64,000 nt of DNA, taken from positions 450 through 64,449 of the forward strand of contig JBGAUR010000001.1 of assembly GCA_044228545.1 (NCBI GenBank), given 5' to 3'. The translations under genes were made by a program, and so were the position numbers. Every line of letters begins with the position of its first letter. Within the stretch, counting starts at the first letter, position 1. Below are positions 28,058-38,178 of this stretch, piece by piece. A model generated the notes under the pieces. The model was not told the DNA's origin. It was given only the letters and a program-made list of their open reading frames with translations, and did not search any database. The stretch is from Minisyncoccia bacterium (GTDB taxonomy: Bacteria > Patescibacteriota > Minisyncoccia > Phycocordibacterales > UBA9973).

Positions 28058-29344
28058 TTACATATTAACACTATTAATTTTTTTTCTCCTATTCATATAT
28101 ATTCCAAAGGAAGCCACAATAACAAGTACAATTACTCCTAGAATAATAAATTTGCGATCTAAAGTAGGAGTGTAACTCTTAGGAACTTTTGCAGTTTTGA
28201 ATTTAAATTCTTTTTGATCTAAAACTTTACCACTTGGATCACTTAAAACAACCTTAACAAGGGGGTCTTCGCAAGTAGTTTTTACAGGATAAGATATTTT
28301 ATTTATGGGGCTTGATATATCTCGGCTTATTGTCTCTGTATTTTCTTCTATACATTGTCTACCTTTTTTATTAGTAATAGAAGTAGTGAGTGATACGTTA
28401 GAAGCCATACCAGCTGTCATACCCGAACCAAACCATATCAAAGAGAGTTCTGCAGTTTCACCTGTTCTATAATAATCTTTATCGAGAGAAATTTGCTGAA
28501 TGGTAGCACTTAGTCCTTTAATTATATAGTTAAGAGAAACATTGTTAGAAAAATTTACACCGTCAGATAAACTCAACTTTAAATTGTAAGGTTTAGATAT
28601 ATCACCTTTAGGTAGAGTGACTGAAAAAGTTTTTTTCTGACTCTTTTCAAAAATGATTGCTTCGTTTTCTTCAGTTGTCTGTGGAGCAGGTTCTCCATAT
28701 GAGCTAGAATATCGAGTATCGAAGAATGGACTAACCGTTAAAGATTCCATTGAATTATTTATTGCGGTACAAGTAAGACTAAGTGTTTGATCAGAGTTTA
28801 TCTCTACAGTTTTTGTAATTAGATATTTTGTGTCTTTATCTCCTAAAATCTGGACATAACATGACTCAGGTAGTATTTGTATACCCTTAGTAGAAGCGGT
28901 TAACTTTATCTTACCAACAACAACGTTTGCAAATGGAAAACCACTTTCGTTTTTACTATCTAAAAGAATTACAAAGTTACCATTTAGTCCAGACGGTGGA
29001 GTATAAACGATTTCTCTAGAAACAGAACTCTCTGGATGTAGTGTAAGAGCTTCATCATAGACTTTTTCATCAGCCAAATATGGATTCTTCTCATCTGAGA
29101 ATAATTTGATTCCATACTTTACCCCTGTCTGTAAACCTTGACCATTTGCTATTTTAAAGGATATTTTAAAAGTTTTTCCATCTTGAAATACTATTTTTGC
29201 ATTATTTATATCAACTGATGCAACCAGTACACCTTGAGCTTTTGGAAGTTCACTCTTAACTTCTGGAGCAGCACTAGATACTGTATAAAAAAACAAAGAG
29301 AAAAAAACAAAGAAACCAGCAAAGGAAGATTTATATAGATTCAT
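28058..29344 (-). CDS. Secreted beta-rich protein with C-terminal membrane anchor
   Basis: Signal peptide; C-terminal hydrophobic helix followed by RRKK. Confidence 0.7.
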   Translation of the reverse strand: MNLYKSSFAGFFVFFSLFFYTVSSAAPEVKSELPKAQGVLVASVDINNAKIVFQDGKTFKISFKIANGQGLQTGVKYGIKLFSDEKNPYLADEKVYDEALTLHPESSVSREIVYTPPSGLNGNFVILLDSKNESGFPFANVVVGKIKLTASTKGIQILPESCYVQILGDKDTKYLITKTVEINSDQTLSLTCTAINNSMESLTVSPFFDTRYSSSYGEPAPQTTEENEAIIFEKSQKKTFSVTLPKGDISKPYNLKLSLSDGVNFSNNVSLNYIIKGLSATIQQISLDKDYYRTGETAELSLIWFGSGMTAGMASNVSLTTSITNKKGRQCIEENTETISRDISSPINKISYPVKTTCEDPLVKVVLSDPSGKVLDQKEFKFKTAKVPKSYTPTLDRKFIILGVIVLVIVASFGIYMNRRKKINSVNM

Positions 29345-29494
29345 ATTGAAAAATTATAATGGCTAATTGTTATCTTAGAATTATACCACTCTGAATTATT
29401 AAATAGTAGTAAAAGTTATCCCCAAAATAAAAAATAGCCTTGCATGTAAATGCAAGGCCGCCTTTCGGCTGAGTATTATTTTATGAAACAGAAG

Positions 29495-30259
29495 TTACGG
29501 CACTACTTTGTAGTGTATCCGGCGGGTAAATTGTACCCCGCTTGATACATACACCCTCTGCATTACCCATTTGGTATCAGAGAGAAAAATATTGTCGTAT
29601 ATACCGCCGCCATTCTGAAACTGGGCGCCGTTATTCAGCGAATTCCACCAACCAGTGGAGGTGCTTCCGTTGGGAGCAATAGCCGTACCAGACCTTTTAC
29701 CATTCACGATGGTCTTGTAATAGATATACTTATTCTGGTCCGGAGTGCTAACCTGGTAACCGCCGGGGAAAGCTGTAGAAAAAGTGGTGTCACCATTCTC
29801 CAGCCATTTTGAACCATTTTTACAAATGAACGTAAACATGGTGTCATACACAGCGATTGGCACTACTTTTGAAACTAATGCTCCATCTTCACCGGTAAGG
29901 GTGATAGTTGTAGAAGCTGATGTTTCTAAAGCAGGAATACTGGCAGATTTTTTGTCTTCAGCCAAAGCACCGAGTGTAATTTCGGTCTTAGTGGCATATT
30001 GGGTGTTCCAGTTCAACTGGCCAGGTGTTCTTGCCCAGAGGGTGTCCGGGTTCAAAACCGGATTGGATGTAAAGATAGCAGCATTTTTGGGTGGCGGCGG
30101 ACAATCGGCCGAATTTGTTTGTACCCCTGGTAAAAGGGGACATAAATCTACCGGGTCCGATTTTGATGGAGTATCTTTAGTGCAGCTAACCAGAGCTGCA
30201 GCCATTGCGAATGTGATATAGCCCACAAGCAGGCTTCTGATTGCTGTTTTCATGATCAT
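29495..30259 (-). CDS. Putative lipoprotein, Bacteroidota-style signal
   Basis: ..AAALVSC-TKD lipobox; visibly higher GC than neighbours; own promoter and terminator. Confidence 0.65.
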   Translation of the reverse strand: MIMKTAIRSLLVGYITFAMAAALVSCTKDTPSKSDPVDLCPLLPGVQTNSADCPPPPKNAAIFTSNPVLNPDTLWARTPGQLNWNTQYATKTEITLGALAEDKKSASIPALETSASTTITLTGEDGALVSKVVPIAVYDTMFTFICKNGSKWLENGDTTFSTAFPGGYQVSTPDQNKYIYYKTIVNGKRSGTAIAPNGSTSTGWWNSLNNGAQFQNGGGIYDNIFLSDTKWVMQRVYVSSGVQFTRRIHYKVVP

Positions 30260-30428
30260 TGTTTTTTTTGATGAAGAATACAGATCAAGCCTTGATTTAT
30301 AAGACTAAAACTGTATTCCCCACCAATAAAAACGTTTTTCAATGTGCAAATCGTGTTTAAGACACAACAAGGACCTTCATGTCAAGTATAAGCACTTTTG
30401 TGCATTTTGTCAATTTCTACAAGGCTAT

Positions 30429-30448
30429 TTATCCACAAATTATCCACA
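30429..30448 (+). promoter_or_regulatory. Two tandem perfect DnaA boxes
   Basis: TTATCCACA at 30429-30437 and 30440-30448, between divergent promoters. Confidence 0.6.
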
Positions 30449-30450
30449 AT

Positions 30451-30515
30451 TTGACGAGAGAGCTTTATTATAGTACGATGCGACAAGCTAGTCCGTTTTC
30501 GAACCGGACTTTTTT
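30451..30515 (+). promoter_or_regulatory. nusA promoter and leader terminator (attenuator)
   Basis: TTGACG-17-TACGAT, then AGTCCG-TTTTCGAAC-CGGACT-TTTTT before the nusA ATG. Confidence 0.55.
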
Positions 30516-30541
30516 AATTAAAAATTTAATAACAACTAAAT

Positions 30542-31738
30542 ATGTTAGACCTCAAAACAATGAAATCCGCGCTTGAGCAACTCGAACAGGAGCGCAAAAT
30601 ACCCCGTGAAAAGATCATCGATGCTATCGAGCAAGCTCTTGCTGCTGCCTACAAAAAAGATTATGGAAAAAAAGGGCAAATAGTTCGTGCAACTATTGAT
30701 ATTGAAACTGGAAAGATGGAATTCTATCAAGTGAAAATTGTTGTCGATGATTCGATCGTACGCATGACAACAGATGAAGATGCTGAAGAAGAAATTTCTG
30801 AAGATGACAACCGTGTTCGCTTCAATGAAGAGCATCATATATTACTTGCTGATGCGAAAAAAATAAAAAGTGATGCAAAACTCGAAGAAGAAATAATTTT
30901 CCCATTGGAATCAAAAGAGGATTACGGTCGCATTGCTGCACAGACAGCAAAACAAGTTATAATCCAAAAAATCCGCGAAGCAGAACGTGGTGCTATTATC
31001 GACGAGTATGGAAGTAAAGAAGGTGAAATAGTAAATGGCTTCGTTCAAAAAGTTGAACGTGGAATCGTTTATGTTGATTTCAATCGTGCAACTGGAATAA
31101 TTTTACCTGAAGAACAAATTCCTGGAGAATTTTATAAACGTGGTGAACGAATCCGCGCATACCTTTATTCTGTTGAAGAAACTCCTCGCGGTGTAAACCT
31201 AAAACTTTCTCGCACTCATCCTCAACTTATAGAAGGTCTATTTGCATCTGAAGCACCAGAAATTGCAGGAGGTGTAGTAGAAATAAAAGCAATTGCTCGT
31301 GAAGCTGGAGCTCGTAGTAAAATTGCTGTTTACTCAAATGATGAACATGTTGATCCAGTTGGATCTTGTGTTGGTCAGAAGGGTGTTCGTGTGACTACAG
31401 TCATGAGTGAACTTGGTGGAGAAAAGATCGACATAATTCCTTGGTCAGGAAATCCTAGTGAATATATCGCAAGTGCTCTTTCTCCTGCGCGGGTTCTTGA
31501 TATAGAAGTCAATGAAACTGAACACAAGGCAGTGGTTGAAGTTACAGCAGATCAGCTTTCTCTTGCGATTGGTAAGGGTGGTCAGAATGTTCGCCTTGCG
31601 GCAAAGCTTACTGGTTGGAGAATAGATATCAAAGGTGTAACTGGTGAGGTAGTATCTAGTGAAGATGATATAATAAGTGAAGATGCAAGTGTGGTATCAC
31701 TCGACGAAGGTCTAGTTGATGATGGCACAAATGCATAA
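30542..31738 (+). CDS. nusA: Transcription factor NusA
   Basis: GRIAAQTAKQVIIQ, AREAGARSKIAV, SLAIGKGGQNVRLAAKLTGW. Confidence 0.97.
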   Translation: MLDLKTMKSALEQLEQERKIPREKIIDAIEQALAAAYKKDYGKKGQIVRATIDIETGKMEFYQVKIVVDDSIVRMTTDEDAEEEISEDDNRVRFNEEHHILLADAKKIKSDAKLEEEIIFPLESKEDYGRIAAQTAKQVIIQKIREAERGAIIDEYGSKEGEIVNGFVQKVERGIVYVDFNRATGIILPEEQIPGEFYKRGERIRAYLYSVEETPRGVNLKLSRTHPQLIEGLFASEAPEIAGGVVEIKAIAREAGARSKIAVYSNDEHVDPVGSCVGQKGVRVTTVMSELGGEKIDIIPWSGNPSEYIASALSPARVLDIEVNETEHKAVVEVTADQLSLAIGKGGQNVRLAAKLTGWRIDIKGVTGEVVSSEDDIISEDASVVSLDEGLVDDGTNA

Positions 31739-31759
31739 TTAAAATTATCTAAAAAATTT

Positions 31760-32347
31760 ATGGCAAATATAAATCACAAACCATCAAGATATATGCTCAA
31801 TCTGCTCCACGTACTTCCTCCATTTGCAGATGAAAATAAAAAAATAGTAAACACTATTATAGAAAATAATAAAGGCTCAAGAAATAAATATGAGTTGATT
31901 ACAGAGAGTGGGCAATTAAAACTTGATCGTGTAGGTTACTCACCATTAGTGTATCCATTTTCATACGGAGCAATTCCTATGACATGGGACGAAGACAACG
32001 ATCCCTTAGATATTGTTGTAGTGAATGTAACAGAAGAATTTGTACCTGGATCATTAGTTGAAATAAGAGTTATTGGTGTAATGAAATTCATAGATAGTGG
32101 AGAAGTTGATGATAAAATAATTGGTGTAGTGAGCGATGACAAGAAAAATGATCATATAAACTCTATCGAGGACTTGGGTGATTACTTTAAGACAGAAACA
32201 AAATATTTCTGGGAAAAATATAAGGAGCTCAAGAAACCAGGAACAGGAGAAGTGAAAGAATTTTTTGGAGCAGATGAAGCCGTTAAAATAATCAATGAGT
32301 GTAAAGAAAGATACAACAAAGATTACGCTCCTAAACTAGAAAATTAA
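31760..32347 (+). CDS. ppa: Inorganic pyrophosphatase, family I
   Basis: KYE, LDR, YPFSYG.IP, DEDNDPLD, DDKII. Confidence 0.92.
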   Translation: MANINHKPSRYMLNLLHVLPPFADENKKIVNTIIENNKGSRNKYELITESGQLKLDRVGYSPLVYPFSYGAIPMTWDEDNDPLDIVVVNVTEEFVPGSLVEIRVIGVMKFIDSGEVDDKIIGVVSDDKKNDHINSIEDLGDYFKTETKYFWEKYKELKKPGTGEVKEFFGADEAVKIINECKERYNKDYAPKLEN

Positions 32348-32422
32348 TTACTCAATCAAAAAATCCACCAACTGGTGGATTTTTTGACAAATAACCAATG
32401 TACATATAAACTAGATAAACTT

Positions 32423-33493
32423 ATGAAAACAACAATAAACAAAAAAGATAAAAGCGAGTTAGAAATAATAGGATCACTTCCTGTAGCAGATTTTGAAAAA
32501 TACGAAGAGAAAGCTCTATCTATTATAAGTGAGCGCCTTGAACTTCCAGGATTCCGAAAAGGAAAAGCTCCCGCATCTGTAGTAAAAGAGAATGCCACTG
32601 AAATGATAATTCTAGAAGAGATGGCAGAACTTGCAATCAAAGATGCCTATATAAAAATAATCGAAGAAAATAAAATCGAAGCTATTGGTCGCCCACAAGT
32701 CGCTATTACTAAGATCGCTAAAGGTTCAGATTTAGAATTTAAAATTCTAACTGCAGTACTGCCAGAAATGAAACTTCCAGATTATAAAAAACTTGCAAGC
32801 GACGAGAAGAAGAAAAATCCTATCGCTGAAGTTGTAGTAGATGAAGCAGATGTGGAGAAAACAATTCTCGATCTTCGCAAAATGCGCGCAGAACAAGCTC
32901 GTGGGGCAAATCACGAAGGACACGAGAACATGACTGAAGAAGAGCACGCAAAAGCGCACGAGATTCCAGAAAGTGAATACCCGAGCTTCGATGATGCTTT
33001 CGCAAAATCTTTTGGTGATTTTGAAAATGCAGATGCACTGAAGAATAAAATTCGTGAAAATATGAAGATTGAGAAAGAGACTCTCGAGAAAGATAAACTT
33101 CGTATGGTGATTGTTGAGAAATTAATTGCAGAAACTTCTGGAGAAATCCCTGAGATACTTATTGAAAGCGAAATACAAAAAATACTTTATCGCCTAGAGG
33201 CAGATGTTACAAATGCAGGACTAAACTTTGCAGATTATTTAGTACAGATAAAAAAGACTGAAGATGATTTGAGAAAAGAGTGGCGTGGAGATGCAGAGAA
33301 GCGTGCAAAGCTACAAATGATAATCAGAAATATTGCTGATAAAGAAAACTTAAAGCCAACAGAAGAAGAAATAGAAAAAGAAGTTGGAAATATTATGACC
33401 ATGTATAAAGATGCAGATCCAATTCGTGCTCGCGCGTACATCGAGAATATACTTGAAAACGAAAAAGTATTTAATTTCTTAGAGAATCAATAA
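32423..33493 (+). CDS. tig: Trigger factor with reduced PPIase domain
   Basis: LPGFRKGKAP ribosome-binding signature; only about 356 aa; His/Glu linker where the FKBP domain would be. Confidence 0.88.
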   Translation: MKTTINKKDKSELEIIGSLPVADFEKYEEKALSIISERLELPGFRKGKAPASVVKENATEMIILEEMAELAIKDAYIKIIEENKIEAIGRPQVAITKIAKGSDLEFKILTAVLPEMKLPDYKKLASDEKKKNPIAEVVVDEADVEKTILDLRKMRAEQARGANHEGHENMTEEEHAKAHEIPESEYPSFDDAFAKSFGDFENADALKNKIRENMKIEKETLEKDKLRMVIVEKLIAETSGEIPEILIESEIQKILYRLEADVTNAGLNFADYLVQIKKTEDDLRKEWRGDAEKRAKLQMIIRNIADKENLKPTEEEIEKEVGNIMTMYKDADPIRARAYIENILENEKVFNFLENQ

Positions 33494-33577
33494 TAAATAT
33501 TTTGTGCAAAAAAAAATGGCCCGTGTGGATGAAAATCCTGGGGCCTTTTTTGATTTACTAACACTGCTTGGCTGAAA

Positions 33578-34045
33578 TTATTTTTGTTTAGCAACTATTG
33601 TACCAGTCCATGGACCATTATGAGTAAACGACCTTACCGGCCAGCTTACCAAAACAGCACACTTGCCACCTGGAGGAACATCAAACCAATTTTGCAAAGA
33701 TAACCACAACTGATTGGTTTGTGAACCTACCCCCATATCACAGCGGGCGGTACCGATCTGTCTGTTGTTTTTGTCAAAAACTGGTATTGACTCGGAGCTA
33801 TACGGCTTGGTTAATACATAACAAATGGTTGTTTCTGTATTAATGTTATTACCGTAAACATAAGAGTCATAGTATTGCTGGTCGTAATAATAGCCTCCGC
33901 CATTATTTATACCAAGCTCAACCCATGTTCCTGCGATTTGGAAGCCGACAGTAACGCCAATATTGTTCAAAACATCTTTTACCTCGGTTTTAGAACAACT
34001 GGTCAGAACGAGAGCAGCAATTGCTGCAAAAAATAAATTTTTCAT
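33578..34045 (-). CDS. Putative lipoprotein, Bacteroidota-style signal
   Basis: MKNLFFAAIAALVLTSC-SKTE; own TTGACA..TATAAT promoter (about 34169-34198) and terminator. Confidence 0.65.
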   Translation of the reverse strand: MKNLFFAAIAALVLTSCSKTEVKDVLNNIGVTVGFQIAGTWVELGINNGGGYYYDQQYYDSYVYGNNINTETTICYVLTKPYSSESIPVFDKNNRQIGTARCDMGVGSQTNQLWLSLQNWFDVPPGGKCAVLVSWPVRSFTHNGPWTGTIVAKQK

Positions 34046-34244
34046 GATTTTATTAATTATTGGTGATTTAGATTATTGATTTCTAGGGACCAAAATTGAT
34101 CCATACAATTCAACAATCTAAACCTTCATGAAAAGCCATACAATTTCTCAAAGATCATTTCTTTGTATATTATAACATATAATATCACTAAATGTCAAGT
34201 AAGCTTGGATTGGCGTAATACCCTTATTTTGCTATACTACTCTC

Positions 34245-34835
34245 ATGTTAATCCCTACAGTAATAGAAAAAAGTCAGTTTGGTGAACGAGCGTATGATAT
34301 ATATTCGCGCCTTTTAAATGAGCGTATTATTTTCCTAGGTGGCCCTATTGACGATCATACTGCAAACCTTGTAATAGCTCAGCTCCTATACCTTGACCAC
34401 ACAGACCCTAAGAAAGATATATATTTATATATCAACTCCCCTGGTGGTTCGGTTACTGCAGGACTCGCAATTCTCGACACTATGGGCTTTGTTAAAGCAG
34501 ATGTCTCTACTATATGTGTAGGTATTGCCGCTTCTATGGGGGCAGTACTACTTTCGGCTGGCGCAAAGGGTAAAAGATTTGCTCTTCCAAACTCTGAAGT
34601 TATGATTCACCAAGTTATGGGTGGCGCTGAGGGGCAAGCATCTGATATTGCAATCAATGCAAAACACATCCTTCGCACAAAAGACACCTTAAATAAAATC
34701 CTTGCAAAAAATACAGGGCAAACTGTAACTCAAATAGAAAAAGACTCAGATCGCGACTACTGGATGACAAGTGATGAAGCAAAAAAATACGGAATCATAG
34801 ACGATATAGTTTCTAAACCTAAAAATAATAAATAA
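34245..34835 (+). CDS. clpP: ATP-dependent Clp protease proteolytic subunit
   Basis: [26 protein letters not shown]. Confidence 0.97.
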   Translation: MLIPTVIEKSQFGERAYDIYSRLLNERIIFLGGPIDDHTANLVIAQLLYLDHTDPKKDIYLYINSPGGSVTAGLAILDTMGFVKADVSTICVGIAASMGAVLLSAGAKGKRFALPNSEVMIHQVMGGAEGQASDIAINAKHILRTKDTLNKILAKNTGQTVTQIEKDSDRDYWMTSDEAKKYGIIDDIVSKPKNNK

Positions 34836-34837
34836 AA

Positions 34838-35587
34838 ATGCAAATAATAATCATTATTGTTTTAGTTTTAATTATTTTTTTATTACTAAAAAGGGAATTT
34901 AGTAGAAGTTTCACTGAGCAAACTTTTCTTTCCATAGTGAACCACACTTTCAGGACTCCATTGACTCGAATCAAATGGATGGCAGACGCACTAAAGACTG
35001 ATATGCCAAGGAAGGATGAACTTGAATTAATAAATAATTTGGATAATTCAGTAAACAGACTCCTTGAACTTGTAGATATTGTCGCTGGTATAAAAAATAT
35101 CCAAAATACTTCCACTTATGATCTAAAGGCAGTTTCAATGCGAGAGATTTTAGAAGAAGCTTTGAAAAAATACAGTGGGCTACTTCATGATAAAAAAATC
35201 TCTCTTCAAGTTCCTTCTCTTATAAATCTTCCGCTTCTATCAGTTGATACAAAGAAAATTTCTTTTGTTATAAATGTTGTGATAGAAAACGCAATTCTCT
35301 ACTCAAAAGAAAACGGTAAAATAAATATCGAGGCTGAATTAAAAAACGACAAGTTAATATTGAAAATCGAAGATAACGGTATAGGTCTATCTAGAAAAGA
35401 CCGTAACAATTTATTTAAGCGTTTTTATAGAGGTGCACGTGCAACAAAAATGAATACAGACGGTATGGGTCTTGGACTTTACGCTTCAAAGGAAATCATT
35501 CAAAGACACCACGGGGAGATATATGCTAATTCTAAAGGAGAAAACCTAGGTACTACTTTCTATATTGTTCTCCCTAGAACCAAGTAA
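34838..35587 (+). CDS. Orphan membrane-anchored sensor histidine kinase
   Basis: H-box HTFRTPLT, ENAILYS, DNGIG, FKRFYR, GMGLGLY. Confidence 0.85.
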   Translation: MQIIIIIVLVLIIFLLLKREFSRSFTEQTFLSIVNHTFRTPLTRIKWMADALKTDMPRKDELELINNLDNSVNRLLELVDIVAGIKNIQNTSTYDLKAVSMREILEEALKKYSGLLHDKKISLQVPSLINLPLLSVDTKKISFVINVVIENAILYSKENGKINIEAELKNDKLILKIEDNGIGLSRKDRNNLFKRFYRGARATKMNTDGMGLGLYASKEIIQRHHGEIYANSKGENLGTTFYIVLPRTK

Positions 35588-35597
35588 TTTTATAGTA

Positions 35598-35811
35598 TCG
35601 ACAAAACCTGTTATTTCTAGTATTATACAGATATCGAATTTTAACAGTTTAGTAAGTGTTTACTTTCAAAAATACAGTCCTACCTGACACAGAAATCGAA
35701 AACAATCTTATGAAAAAAAGTTTTACCTTGGTAAGTGTGCTACATAAGAATACAGAATATAAAATAGGTCTATAAAAGGCTCGTGTATTTAGAAGTGACA
35801 CTGTCACTTAT
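35598..35811 (+). promoter_or_regulatory. rny promoter and long structured 5' leader
   Basis: TCGACA-17-TATTAT; long-range pairing of 35655-35685 with 35766-35802; local hairpin 35793-35809. Confidence 0.5.
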
Positions 35812-37338
35812 ATGTCATTAACAGCAATAATAATTTCAGTACTTGCACTCGCTGCAGGTGTTGGTGTTGGGTATTATTTGCGCCTTATCATTTCTCTTGG
35901 TAAGAAGGGTTCAATGGAACTCGAAATCAAGCAGATCATGCTCGGTGCAAAAGAAGAAGCTCAAAGAGTCCTCGACGAAGCTAAGAAAAAAGCCGAAGAG
36001 AAGGCTGAAGAAGTACAATTAGAAAGCAAGAAAAAAGAAGAGGAGTGGAAGCAAACAGAACATCGTCTTATAAAAAAGGAAGAGCTTCTAGATGCTCGCC
36101 AAGTCGAGATTGATCGTGAAGTAGAAAATATCAAGCTTAAAGTTGAAGAAGTTAAAAAAGTAAAAGATCGTGTTGAGAATATGCAGTCTGAAAAAGAAGC
36201 TGAGCTTGAGAAGATTGCTCATCTTTCTGTAGATGATGCAAAAAATATTCTATTCAAGAGTATTGAAGAGCGTTATGAAGAAGATTTGCTTGTAAGAATG
36301 CAAAAGATGGAAACAGCAAATACAGAGAAGCTTGATCGTCGTGCAAAAGATATCCTATCTGCAAGTATCAATCGCCTTGCTTCATCTACAGCAAGCGAAA
36401 TGATGACGACTTCAGTAAATATCCCAAACGATGAGATCAAAGGAAAGATTATCGGTAAAGAAGGACGTAATATCCGTGCATTTGAACGTGCTGCAGGAGT
36501 TGAACTTATTATCGATGAAACTCCAGGCGCAATCGTAATATCTTCCTTTGACCCAGTTCGTAGACAAGTAGCCCGTCTTGCGCTTGAAAACCTTATATTA
36601 GACGGCCGTATCCAACCAGCAAAAATCGAAGAGGTGGTACTAAAAGCACAAGAAGATATCAATAAAATCATAAAAGATAAGGGTGACCAAGCTGTGTACG
36701 AGTGTGGAATATTTAATCTCGACCCTCGTATTGTAGCTATCGTTGGACGCTTATACTTCCGTACAAGTTATGGACAAAATGTTCTTCAACACTCTATCGA
36801 GATGGCCCACATTGCAGGAATGCTTGCTGAAGAACTTGGCGCAGATATTCAAATCGCAAAGGCAGGTGCACTTGTACATGACATTGGTAAAGCACTCGAT
36901 CATGAAGTTCAAGGTACGCACATCGACATAGGTATCCGTATCCTTCAGAAATTTGGTGCAGATCCAAGGATTATCACAGCAATGAAAAGTCACCACGATG
37001 ATTGCCCTCACGAATCTATCGAGGCTGTGATCGTCCAAACAGCGGATATGATCTCAGGTGGCAGACCTGGCGCAAGACGTGATAGTGTTGAGAATTACAT
37101 TAAACGTTTGCAGGACCTTGAAGCGCTAGCTAAAAGTTTTGAAGGGGTTGAGAAATCTTATGCTCTATCTGCTGGACGCGAAATCAGAATATTCGTCACT
37201 CCAGAGAAAGTAACAGATATAGGTGCAAAAGATATGGCACGTGATATCGCAAAGAAAATAGAGCAAGAACTCACTTACCCAGGAGAAATAAAAGTTACAA
37301 TGATAAGAGAGAATCGTATTATTGAGTTTGCAAGATAA
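35812..37338 (+). CDS. rny: Ribonuclease Y
   Basis: N-terminal TM, coiled coil, KH (KGKIIGKEGRNIR), HD (HDIGKA), RPGAR. Confidence 0.97.
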   Translation: MSLTAIIISVLALAAGVGVGYYLRLIISLGKKGSMELEIKQIMLGAKEEAQRVLDEAKKKAEEKAEEVQLESKKKEEEWKQTEHRLIKKEELLDARQVEIDREVENIKLKVEEVKKVKDRVENMQSEKEAELEKIAHLSVDDAKNILFKSIEERYEEDLLVRMQKMETANTEKLDRRAKDILSASINRLASSTASEMMTTSVNIPNDEIKGKIIGKEGRNIRAFERAAGVELIIDETPGAIVISSFDPVRRQVARLALENLILDGRIQPAKIEEVVLKAQEDINKIIKDKGDQAVYECGIFNLDPRIVAIVGRLYFRTSYGQNVLQHSIEMAHIAGMLAEELGADIQIAKAGALVHDIGKALDHEVQGTHIDIGIRILQKFGADPRIITAMKSHHDDCPHESIEAVIVQTADMISGGRPGARRDSVENYIKRLQDLEALAKSFEGVEKSYALSAGREIRIFVTPEKVTDIGAKDMARDIAKKIEQELTYPGEIKVTMIRENRIIEFAR

Positions 37339-37354
37339 AATAAATTAAATCCAT

Positions 37355-37669
37355 ATGAATATAGAACAAATTGGAAGAGGTAAGTTAGAAAAAATAGCTG
37401 CAGAAAGTCCTGAGTTGCAAGCAATATATCTAAAAAAGTTTGAAGAAATAGAAAAAAGAATACTTGTTGGAGAAGCAACATGGGACCAGCTTGAGGATCT
37501 TATATATGAAGCGCTAACAAGTTCAGAGGAAGTACAAAATATAGCGATGGATTTTCTCAAAAAGAGAGTTGAGGAAAGAAGGAAAAATCCACAATATAAA
37601 TCTTTGGTTTTAAAAGAAGATAGGACTGGATTTGTACATCCAGACTATCAAGAAAATAGAGAAAATTAA
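37355..37669 (+). CDS. Hypothetical protein
   Basis: 104-aa ORF co-oriented 16 nt after rny. Confidence 0.6.
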   Translation: MNIEQIGRGKLEKIAAESPELQAIYLKKFEEIEKRILVGEATWDQLEDLIYEALTSSEEVQNIAMDFLKKRVEERRKNPQYKSLVLKEDRTGFVHPDYQENREN

Positions 37670-37718
37670 TCCGAGTGAAATAGCTATCACAAAAAAGAGC
37701 CATTTATTTGGTTCTTTT

Positions 37719-38102
37719 TTATATTTCTTCTCTTTTCAAAATGATTAAATTCAAATGAAAATGTCCTGGCATTGTTTGACCTTTTGGCAAATTTTCCCAG
37801 ATAGCATCGTAGTTTTTTGTTAAATAATCTTTTTTTATTTGTTCAAATTCTTCCCTTTCTTCAGATGTAAGTAATTCCCAACTAAAAGGAATTTCTCGTT
37901 TTGTTGCTAACATATGAGTAGTTGTTGCGACTGCATCATATGGAAATTGATTGTCTATAATAACCCAATGATTAAATTCTTTAATTGGAGTTTCTTTAAA
38001 GGGGTTGTACTGTATGCCCTTTTCTTCCCTTTCCCTCATCACTTTCATATACTTTGTCATCATCGCATCGCTACGTAAAAATGTCCGTGTAATGTTTGCC
38101 AT
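37719..38102 (-). CDS. HIT-like protein
   Basis: W.I..N.FPYD, H.L, GHFHLNL (variant histidine triad). Confidence 0.55.
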   Translation of the reverse strand: MANITRTFLRSDAMMTKYMKVMREREEKGIQYNPFKETPIKEFNHWVIIDNQFPYDAVATTTHMLATKREIPFSWELLTSEEREEFEQIKKDYLTKNYDAIWENLPKGQTMPGHFHLNLIILKREEI

Positions 38103-38178
38103 AAATATTTATGGATTATAGCATAAAAAAATACCAAGCGGACTTGGTATTAATGCAAAATCTTGAGCATTTAAAATA

